Source: a virus. From it: a DNA stretch of 64,000 nt. Location: the IMG/VR virus record IMGVR_UViG_3300048691_000181, positions 32,001 to 96,000 of that record. One strand, given 5' to 3'. Positions 29,101 to 41,100 of this stretch are shown here, piece after piece; positions within the stretch are counted from its first letter, which is position 1, and every line of letters begins with the position of its first letter. The position numbers were made by a program, and so were the translations under genes. Under the pieces are notes generated by a model. The model saw only the letters and a list, made by a program, of their open reading frames with translations, ran no database searches and was not told the origin of the DNA.

Positions 29101-32100
29101 AGTTTGTCTATATGAATGGTATTTCTCAAGCAAAGTTAGAGACAGATAATAAACTTCAGAAGCACGTTTTTTCAGGCACTAAGGAAGCAGAAGCATTAAG
29201 AAAGAATTATGAAGAGGTTAAGAAGAACTTTGGGGTACAGGTCAATCAAGCAGTCACTACGACGCCTATTGCACCAACTCCTGCTCCAGCTGCTTCTTCT
29301 ACGAATACAAATCCTCCTCCTGCTGCAACACCTCCTGCTCCACCAGTAGCACCAACTCCTGCTCCAACCAATCCCCCTCCTACACCCCCTGTTTCAGATA
29401 TAGATAATTCAACTCCTATTATAGATAATACTGTTGAAGAAGATGAGGACGAATTAACAGAAGATGCTTTAGCAGATGTGAATACAGATGGACTTATTGA
29501 AGAAGATAAACAAGATTATCAAGACCAGATAGACCATATTGGAATAGCTCAAGTTATTGCTGCTATCAATCCAGACTTCTTTGCTGAAGGTTCAGATAAG
29601 ATTATTCTTCAACACCCAGAGACAATAGAAGATATAACTATTAATGATGGTGATACACACCTCATGGTTAAGCAAAGATTTAGAATACGTCAAGGGCTGG
29701 AGAATATTCATCAAGATGGCATAGATTATACGGTAGTTTATCCTGCTGCTATTGACTCTATTCCTGTTGAAGGAACAACTATTCCTAATTCGATTACGGT
29801 GCCTATCTTCTCAAACACAAACGATGGCAAGAGAGTAACTGTTCAAGTATATGTGCCTCTGGTTACGAAAGAAGGAGAGAGAGAACGTTTTACGGGTAGA
29901 TATATCAATTCTGGAACATTTAGATATATGACAGAAGGTGTATTTAAGTCTGAAACAGAGCATCTTGGCATGGGATTAGACACTGTCTTAAATGATATGA
30001 ATTCTAATGAGATGAGTGAATATACGACAGAATCTAAATACTTCAATGGAACTACGCTTACTCAAAAAGAGATAGATGACCACAAGAAGGTCTTGAAGGA
30101 CAAAGGATTAGATACAGACTTGCTTATGCAAGAGATGGTTGTTCACGAACAATCAGATATGAACTTTAGAAACTATGACCCTACTAAGGCTGATTCCGAT
30201 AAGATGAAGTCTGTTTCTCAAACAATAATACAAGTACTTACTGACCTCAAGAGCAAGGATAACAACGTTAATGACTCTACGTTAGAAGCATTTATATCAG
30301 AGATAACAATAAACGAGAATGGTGTTATTCGATTAAATCCTAAGTTCCTATTAGACGGTCAAGCTAAAGTTCAGCAAAAACTACCTGCTATGTTATGGGA
30401 AATTTCTACGATGGCATTAGTTAATAGTAAATCAGAAAGAGGAGTGAACTTCTTATCTTCTGCTTCACCAGCATTAAAAGCAGCCTTTGGTCAAAAAGGA
30501 CGTTCTAATGGTATTTACGGTATGCCTGTTATTATTTTAAAGAATATTCCTATTGGTACTAAGAACGGTAAGACTACAATAAGAGATTTCTTTATTCCGC
30601 TTAACCAGCCTAAGATGCAAGCAACATCTGAAATTGTATCTACATTCACTTCGTTGAAGTCTAATCTGGATAACTTCAAAGCTGTTTTAGATGAAGTAGT
30701 AGCTTCCTTAGGAAGTGATGCAAGTACCGCTTCTATTTTAGGATTAGATGCGATTAAAGGAGAAGCAGAGAGAATAGAGAATAAGAATGGCAGAGAACGT
30801 GCATTAGCAAATGGCACTTCTCATATCGAGACAAACAATACGCAAACCAATCTTTTAAACACGTCTTTTCTTAATATGGTACTCTATGCTGGTCAAGACC
30901 TATTTGACCTTCAAGATGATACGTTTGCGCCCAAGACTATTTCTGATGCAGATATAAAGAAGGTGCTCTTAGATTCATTAAAGACATCATTTGAGGCGGC
31001 TAAGGAGAAGATAGTCTTAGAAATATTCAAGAATCAAAACTTAGGAAAGAATATAGATGAACTCTTAGCTAAGGATAAATCACCAGAAGCAACAAAGAGT
31101 AAGAGAGACCAATTAGCTAAGATTAAAAGGGAACAAGAAGATAAGATTAATTTCCCTCAATCAGAGACAAATATATTAGGAAGCCAATATGTCCTATTAA
31201 CGCAAGGAATAATTGCTTCACCAGCTGAAAAGCTTCAACAATTAAAGAATGTTATCGTACCAATGGTGTATGGTAATAAGGGCTCTTTCTTTGGTACAGC
31301 TCTAAAGAATAAGCCTTATACAGTAGAGCAAGTAGCAAAACAGACAGGAATTGAATCTGCAGCTGAAGTTGCTGGTAAGCAGCCTTCAGACTATCTTGCT
31401 GAAGAGATAATTAAACAATTTCTTTCTGGTTCAGACACCTTTAAGCAGTCTGATATAGGCTTTTATTTCAATCCTAACGAAGGAAATGAAGCTATGCAAA
31501 CTAAGAACGAGTCGGTTAAATTTAAGCTCTTAGAAGGCAAATTACCTGCTGTTGTTTATGCGTACTTGAATGCAATGAAGGATTCTTTAGATGGTAAAGA
31601 TGTGAATACGATTCAATTAGAAGAACTCTTTAACATAAGAAATAAATCTAAGATTAAAAATGATGCTGCCTTTACTTCATATCAAGAGTTAAAGGACGAG
31701 ATAGCTAAATTAAATTTCAAGAAATTTAATTTTACCACAGAAACGACACCTCGAGAAATCTTAGAAAAGACTAAAGGATTTGACCTTAAAGCTTCTTTGG
31801 CTTCTAAGGCTCTCGAACACTTTGCTAAGGCTAACTATAAGATTAAGGATGAGAATGGCAACGAGAAAAGGCTCTTAATGTCTAAGCAAGATAAAAACAA
31901 TCAGACTGCTGAACAAAGGTCTAAAACAGGTAGACAAGCACAATTCAATGTCTTTGCTCGTTTAACAGAGACTAACTTCAACTTTGCATCAAGACAAAAG
32001 CTCGTTAGAACAAAGCTTGAGCAAGCAGTTAAGTTTCAATCTAAGAGTCAGTTTCCTTTTGGTATGTTTGAGATAGTTCAAGGAGAATGGTCTAATCAAG

Positions 32101-35100
32101 GTAAGATTAAGAAGAAAGATACTTATGGTGTTAATGATTCTATATTTAGAAGTTGGATGAATCAAGCAACTAATCCTAATCAAGATTTAGGATTTACGCC
32201 TATGTGGAATACGGGTACAGAAGTTAAAGAGTCTTTATTGAGAAAAGAACAAACAGCTCTTTACTTAGCTATGTGGAGAGCTTTCTCTGATGATGCTTTA
32301 GGCTTAGCTCAATTTGTTAAGCACATGGAACAGATGGGGGACTCTTCTTATTCCGAAGCTTTAACGGACAGCAATGGTACTCAATTGCCAGTTCCTATGA
32401 CTGAGGGAGATATTCAACGTGTTATAGATACACCAACAAACTATAAGCAATCTGTTACTTTTGGTTTAAGGTCTAATGAAGATGAACGTACAGAGAACGA
32501 GAAGAAATTAGGCAGAGACGAACCATCTGAATTGAATACGACTTCTGTTCATAAAGCTTTAGATACAACACAAGGAGCTACACAAGAACATGCTAAGAAT
32601 ATCTTAGACAAATTAGACGCTGCCTTTCCTGCTGTACCACTTTCTGTGACACCTAATAAGCTTGTTGTCCAGAGAGCTAATTCAGCTCAAGCACAACAAA
32701 CTAAGACCGAAGAAGACACAACTGCTACACAGGAAGCTCCTACGCAACCTACTTCTACTCCTGAAGAAGCAATTACAAATGCACGAACAGAGGCGAATGA
32801 TAATCTTGCTAATCAAGTAGCTAATGACCCTAATTCAACAGTAGCAACAGATGAGGATGTTGACCCTTTGGCTGCACTAAAGAAGAGGATAGAAGGTGTT
32901 GATTCGACTCTTACTGGTAAAGATAAAAATGCTCTTATTGAAAATGCTATTACCAATACACTTATTAAGACATTTGACAAGTATCCTTTAGCAACTATTC
33001 AGAAGTTGTCTAATATGATAATAGAAAGGATTGAAGGCAAATCAGAAGAAGTAGCTTATACTAATTCTAATCTGTCTGAAGCAGAAGATGCACTTGGTCA
33101 TTCAATGTCCTTAGTGAAATCAGTAGCACTTATGGGACAGGCTCTTTCTGTATTAGATAGTGTTTCAGATAAGCAAATTACAGGAAAGATAAAAGTAAAA
33201 AGAAAAGACCATACTGTCGCTTTCCAACAACAAGATGTGAATGAGGCTGTTAAAGCTATCCGTAGAAGAATAGAAGGAGATGTATTGACTTATGCTCAAT
33301 CAGTACTATCTGATTTTGGTATGGATATAGGAACAGTTAAGATGGTATCTCGTTTAACAGATGCAACTATGCAATCCGCACAAGGTAATAAACCTGTTTG
33401 GGGATATGTAAAACATGGAGCCATAGCACTTGAGAAATCAGCTACACGTACTGATTTTAACCACGAGTTCTTCCATTATACGTTCCGCTACTTAATGACC
33501 GAACCAGAAAGAAGGTTGCTCATCGAGAACGCAAAGAGTGAATTTGGAGAAGCCTTTAAGAATATGTCTTTTGCTGAACAAGAAGAATATTTGGCTAATC
33601 AGTTTGAGAAGTATATGCAGTTTAGAAAGTTTTCTCCTGAAACAAAAGAAGAAGCTAAGGCTAAGAAAACATTCCTTCGTGCTATGTTTGATAGATTTAT
33701 CGAACTATTTAACTGGATAATCGGAGCAAGGAACATAGTAGTAAATAAAGCATTAGGAAGAAAGGCCAATGCAGATTTCGAGGCTATTCGGACAGGCAAG
33801 TATAAAATCTATAATGCAGCATGGGATATGCTCTATTCAGGGAGGCTCTATGAAGCAGCCTTTTCTAATGGTGCACAATTGGAAGGAATTGAAGACGAAT
33901 TCTCTATCGAAGGAGCAACCCTTCAGGGTTTAATCAGAGAGATATTCTCTGAATTAAAGGACGCTTCATCACAAGACTATATAGACTATGTATCTCATGT
34001 CGAGTTAACAATAGGGATGTTGTATGCTGAAGGGCATAGAGATGGCTATGTTATGACTTATCATCAGGCAATCGGGCAAGCCTTTAATAAGATTCAGAAA
34101 CAATTAGAAGATAAAGAAGCCATTCCCAAGATATTCACTAAGCTTGAATCGCTATTCTCTAAAGAGTCTCCTGATAAAGTACGTTCTAAGATGCACTCTA
34201 TCTTTACCGAAGTAATCAAGTCTCTTATCAACAATATAGATATGCATGTTGATATCGAGAAAGATAATACAGTAGATATGGGCGAAGGTGTTAAGAATGT
34301 AGATAACGAGAAAAAGAAAGCGGAAGACAATCCAACTACGCATTTACGTCATGTGATTAAGACATTCTTCCGTATCGCTGGTTCAGACACTAAAGGGAAG
34401 TCGCTTATTCCTATCTCTAAGGAAAAGATATTTAGAGATACGATTAACCAAGTTCACTTCGCTGATTTAGCGCGTCTCGATGAAGAGATAGAGGTTTGGT
34501 TAACGAGTAATACTTTAGCAGCAAGGATTATTGAAGGTAAGAAGTCTTTAGAATTTGGTAGAGCTATCTTAGATACAAGTGAGAATAATGCATTAGCGAT
34601 TAAGAGGAGAATTATTCAGATTCGGAAAGATAGTTCCATTAAGAACAGTGGCTTAACCGACAATCCAGGATTAGGAATTAGAACGCTTCCTGTTAACGCA
34701 GGAAACATGGCTTATGTCTATGATAAGCATAAGCAAGGCTATGGCTTAGAATATACAAATGGTGGCTTCTCTAAGACTTATTATATTGATGGTAGGATAG
34801 CTGGTAATACGAAAGCTTCTTCACCAAAACAGATACATGACCAATTATCTCTTGATTTAGAATTATATTTAGACAAGAATCCTTCTGGAGATAGAGAAGC
34901 TTTATTAGCTATGATAAGGAATCAGACGAATTTTAACTTACTTGTTAGAAGAGCTGAAGCAGACCAACAATTAAAAGCTTTGTCTCAAACAATAGGCTCA
35001 TTGGGCGAAGTGAAGATGACTTCTGATACGGAAGGATTTGAGAAAGGGCAGTTATTCTTGAGAAGGATGTTAAACTCTTCTGCTGTGTCTTATGAAGACA

Positions 35101-38100
35101 TTAGAACCACTGTTTCAGATTCTATCATATCTGGTATTCAAACATTGCTTTTAACTGGACCTTTTACACCTGAACAATATACGGCTAATGCTAAAGCGTT
35201 TAAGGACAAGATTAAGAAAGAAGCATTGAAGGTTAAAGGCTTCTCTGATTCGGATATTAGTGGAGAATTGAAGAATGCTTCTACTGTAGCAAGCTTAGTA
35301 GCATTAGACAACTTATTCGATGATATGTACGATTGGATGAGCCTGCCAGAAAATAGGAACAGATTTTTAAACAGAAATAACCTTAACCAGTTAGAAGAAG
35401 CTGAATCTATACTTACCGATATGGAAGAAGCTAAGTATAAAGGCACTTCTGGCAATACAAAAGGAGAAGTTGCAATAAGCTTCGGACAACGTATCATCGA
35501 AATAACCAAGTTCTTAAACAGCTTAGATACAGAGACTATTCGCTTAACCATGAAGTCGATGAGTGGAGATATGCTCTATGCGTTTCAAAACTCTACTTTT
35601 ATGATGGACTTATGGCATGACATGAAGGATACGGATATTACTTTAGATAAGCTTCAATCTCTCTATCCTTTCTTAAAGTCTAAGAACTTTGAACACAATT
35701 CCTTTAACAAGACAGGTGTTGGTTCTAATCACATTATAAACTTCTCTACATTTGATGCGTATAAACAAACCTTTACGGGTTCTGTAAAAGTACACAAAGC
35801 AGAGAATGAACAAGAGTTCTTACGTCGGGTTATCAACTTCCATTTCTTACACAATATGGCTGCGGCTGATGTTTCTTCTTCTGGTACGGTGAATAGACTT
35901 ACGTATGACCAAGAGACATTCCCCTTAGAAGGACGTGCAAGACTTCAGATGGCAAATATCAACTTCTTAAACAAAGAAGAATTGAAAGGTAGCTTAAATA
36001 ATATTCTACTTCAATTACGCAATAGAGAACATGATATGATTCAGACATGGGTTAAAGGACAACCTACGAAAGACAAGAATGGCAATTGGACGGCACATGT
36101 CTTAAACTATCTGGGTATGTCTAAATCTATGCTCTTAGGAGAAGGTGTTACAGAAGAGCAGATAGATGCCTTTGAGAAGGCTTTAACAATGGAGACGATA
36201 GCTAACAAGGAAATCCCATTATCTTCTGTTACAGAGAAATTGAACAATGCTCTTGCTCCTTTAATGGAACAGTTAGGAAGGGCTATCTGGCAGAATATGG
36301 TTAAGTATAATAAGACAATACATCCTCAAATCTTAACCGCAGCAAGAAATATGAAGTCTCAAGGATGGATGACTCAAGCTGAATTAGATGAGATGGTTTC
36401 TATCTTATCTCCTACTGCTACAGTTGGTTCATTCCCTACTATTGCTAAGTATAATAAGAATAAGGATTTAGGGACAACAACTTACTTTTATAATGATATT
36501 TCTGATGCGGATAAAGTTAAGTTAGATGGAATCGTAGGTAAGATGTTTGGTGCTTACCAGTATAACCGTTATGTAAACTCTTATCATCTTAACCAGATGA
36601 TAGCAGGCGACTTATTGATGTACGGTAAAGACTTAGACTTAATCAAGCGTTTATTAGGCACTTCAACTCCGGGACAACACTTCCAAGTTGACAATACACA
36701 AGGAGAACAAGGTACTATGAAGGATGCAGAATATAGGGCTAAGCTAACAGCGACTTCACCTTATACGCGAGCTATTGTGGTTAGTGATGCGGTTATGCCT
36801 AATACAAGGTCTAAAACAAAACAGAAGATAGAAGACATAGATGAAGACGGTAATCCGATAACACGAGAAGTAGAACCAGAAGGATTTGACAACAAGCGCT
36901 CTATGGAAACTACGCTTCGTCGTATACTTCAACCACAAGACGAAGAAGCAAGGAATCTACTCTATACAGATAAGTCTCAATTGTTATATAAAGATGAGAT
37001 TGAAGCTGCGATTAAGAAGATTACGGAAGCGCATGGCGATAAAGGCTTTGAGATTACGGACGGTTATTGTTTAATGACACAAGCTGGTTACGAGAACTTG
37101 AAGAAAGGTTTATCTGAAGCATACGATTTAGGTGATGCTCAAAAGCTTATCTATTTTGGTATAGATGAACATATAGAACAATTACGTGGTGTAGATGGTA
37201 GGGCTGGTGTAGCTACTCCTTATTATGTTAAATCTTCTTATCTTGTTTTGTCTCCTGCTTTAATTGCACAGTATCCTGCATTGAATAGACTGAACCAATT
37301 CTTAATTGCTGCTAAGGCGGATGAACTTCACTTTGGTTCTTCTGTTAAAGTAGGTGCACCAAAGAATACGACAAGCTATGAAGATATACTTCATTCTGAC
37401 GATAGAGCAAGGACTTTAGGAAAGTTTGGCTTAGACAATGCCAATGTAGTTAGAATGAACAATAAGTATCGGAGAGCTGTCTATAACCCTATTGCCAAGT
37501 TAGATTCTAAGATTTCTTTATTTACCCAGATGTTCTATATGCAGATGGTAAATACGCCTTCGGGAGAGAAGTCGGATACAATTACATCTGCCTTAGCCTT
37601 CTTGTTTGAGAAAGGAATTGAAAGAGAAACACGTTTAATGAAGAATAATTTTGGTGCTTTTATCCAGAAGACAATCAAAAATGCACCAATCTTAGCTTCT
37701 TACGATGAATACTTAAATGGAACATTAGACGAAGATACGATTAAGCGGTTGATGACAGATGCGACAATACGTAAAGCTGTTCAGACTGCTATTGTCTCAA
37801 CCATAACAAAGAAGGCTATTAACGTAAACTTTAAAGGCGCTAAGCTAATTTCTGCGCCAGCAGGCTTATTAGATAGTTCTGGGTCTAAACCTTTAACACT
37901 TAGACACGAAGTTATTACAGACGAAGCTGGTAATAAGACTATCCAATATACAGCAGACTGTATTGTTTCAGAAGGGATGTTAGATGCAGCTCAAAAGGCT
38001 TTCTTAGACGGAGACAAAGATTATCACCAATCTGGGATAGATAAAAATAGCGGTATAAACATAGATGGACATAAGGTTTACTTCGAGAAAGGAGACTTCT

Positions 38101-41100
38101 TGTCTATGCGATTACCTACAACAGGTAAGCATAGTGGTGTAGTTCTACGTGTCGTAGGTTACCATAAATCTCCTGCTAACATAGTCTTTGTTGCACCTGA
38201 ATCCTCTAAGATATTAGGAGAGGATTATGACGTAGATGCACGTTTTACTGTGTTTAGAGAGACATGGAAAGGAAAGGATGGGTTTGAGATGAGCTATAAT
38301 ATTGGAGGGATAGAAACAAAACTTAAGGTAGACAACTTTCAACCAATAGGCTATATTAAGAAAAAGATAGGCTATCGGAAACAGGTTATGCAAGGCAATG
38401 ACCACAACGACTATAAGTTGTCTAAGGAAACACAACACATAGCTTGGTCAACCTCTAAGGATATTATGTTAGAGCAAACTAAGACATTGGATAAGTTGAG
38501 AAAACATATTTCAAGTCTTATCGAAAAAGTTGTAGATGCTCAAAGTGAAGAATATGAGCTCTATTATTCTCAGTTAAAGAATCTTGAGAAGTATGAAGAT
38601 GCACTCTTGCGTAATATTATTGTAGAGACTATTATGGATAATCTATCTTCTCCTGACCATATTATTGAGATGTCTTTACCGATTACAACAGAACACTTTG
38701 TTCCTTTGATTAAGACCTTAGAAATTAAATTAGGCTGGCATAATGAAATTAAAGAGAAGTATAATCCTTCTATCATTAGAGACATCTTAGGCTTACATTC
38801 TAATATACATGGTGGAGATATTATAACGGGAGCAGGAGCGAATGGCTTTAAGGAATTAGCCTATATTTTCAACACGGCATTGGATGATAAGGGGGAAAAA
38901 GAATTAAAGGCATTAAGGAATAAGTCTAATGCAAGAGCCAGAGCAAGAAAGAGAGTTGCAGGTATAATGAAGTCTTATGGGGAGACTGAAATTACTCCAG
39001 AGTCTATTCAAAAAGCCAAAGAAGACATTTCAAAACAAATAGAAACGCTTAAACAAGAGATTGTTAACGATAGAGAATATCTTGATAATATATTAAATAG
39101 ACCTCTTTCTGGAAAAAGAAATGAAGAGCAAGAACGAGAAGATGAAATTGACTTTTTGGCAAATGAGATAGATTCTAAGTATAAGCAGATAGAAGAATTT
39201 AAGACCTACCGAATTACAGATGAAAACATAGAATATACAAAAGGAACTGAATCAGAAGAAGCTATGAAGACAGAAAGACTTCAAGATTTAAAGGCCCTGA
39301 ACGCTATTTATAAAGCTTCTAATCAACGTTCTCTTGCTCATGGTAATGTTCCTTCATCTAATAGAAGAACAGGGCTTAGATTCAAGCAAATGCCTATTTC
39401 TATCTCTGACTCTAACGGTACCATCTCTTATGGTCATATCACAGAGAATGGCTATTGGATGGAAAATAAGAAAGAAAGGTTTGGCCTATCTATTTGGGAA
39501 CAGTTAGATGCGATTATTAACTTAGCATTGGACAACTTGAAAGAAAACAAGTTAGGTAAGCTCTCTATTTCTAATGATACGTTTCAGGCTATCTTAGGTG
39601 GTTTAGCTTTAGGGATGCCATTTCAAGAAGAGAATAACCTCATAGGAAATCTTCTTTACCAGCCAGCTATTAAGATGCTTACACATTCTCAATATGTCGG
39701 CATCTCTGATATTCACGATAGAATAGGCTTAAAGATGATTAAGAAAGGACAGAAAGATAATATGGAACGTGCTGTGGCATACGAAGAGGCTTTTAAGGAA
39801 GATCAAGCAAATACTATTGGAGATACGTTAGTGAAAGTTCTTTCTGTTATGGACAAAGAAGCACTTGAATTATCTCGGGTAGAGAATGAAGCATCGGAAG
39901 GTGCCGACTTCTTCGATTTAAGCGTCTATCTAAGTGGAACCTCATCCAATGCAGGTATATGGGAAGAGAACGCGCACAAAGGATATTTCAAGGTAATGGA
40001 AGCAGTTCTTGAAGTTTTAAATAAGACAGATAACTGGGATATTCAAGGTTGGGCAGGTAATGGCGAAAGAACTCAAGACTTGGTAAAGAAAGCCAATGGC
40101 GTACTTAGAACTATCTTGACCGATAAGTTTACACGTGCATTTGACGATACTCGACTCTTCGATAATGACTCCTTTATCATCTTCCTTAAACAGAATCTAA
40201 AGGCTCTAACCGTATTTAAACAGTTAGATATTCTTGGTGCAGATATCAATACGATGAATAAGCCTATTGCTGCGCTACGTATCAATCCCACTGATGCTGT
40301 TGAAGTTCAGGAGACTTTGTCTCAAAATGGTATATTTGGTCCAACCTTGACCAATATAAAACCGCGCTATAAGAGATATATGGGCTTCTCCGAATTCAAA
40401 GATAAGTTAGATGAATCAGATGATCGTATTACAACTCAATCGCTTTCAATCAATCCAGAGAACTTTATCAATAAGCAACCTCATATTAAAGGAGCACTCT
40501 TAGGAGCTCAAAGTGCTCAGGCTATGAATGCTCGTTATATGATTATCGAAGACCCCTCGTTTAAGCAGATGATAGAAGATACGCTTGAGATGTTATCCGA
40601 AGGCAAGTATAATAACATTATATCTGTTAGAGCAGACAACCATATTTCAGAAGAAGCTCGACTCATCTTAATCAAAGAAGAATTAGCTCGATTTGCTATC
40701 TTTAACGAGTATAAAGACTTTATGGAAGCAGAAGAATCTCCTTATGGTAAAGAGATAGAGTTTGGTTCGATGAAGGATAATATTGGTGTTATCTTAGAAG
40801 CATGGAAAGTAAAGGATAAGAATGTTATAATAGCAACAGAGAACCTAATCTTAGATGCTATTCGTTTTGATAATAGAGGTAAACTTCGATTCAGAGGGTC
40901 AGATATCTTAGATAAGAAGAATCATCAAGCTTACTTAATGGCAGCAGAAGATTTATCTAATATGTACTTTGACCAAGTATCTGGTAAAGTATTGGCTGGA
41001 GAAGAACGAATAAAACAAGAAGAAAAGAACTGGATAGATACTAAATTGTCTGAACCAGAGAAAACAAGAAGGAGAGGCTTAATAATTCCTTTAGATTTAT

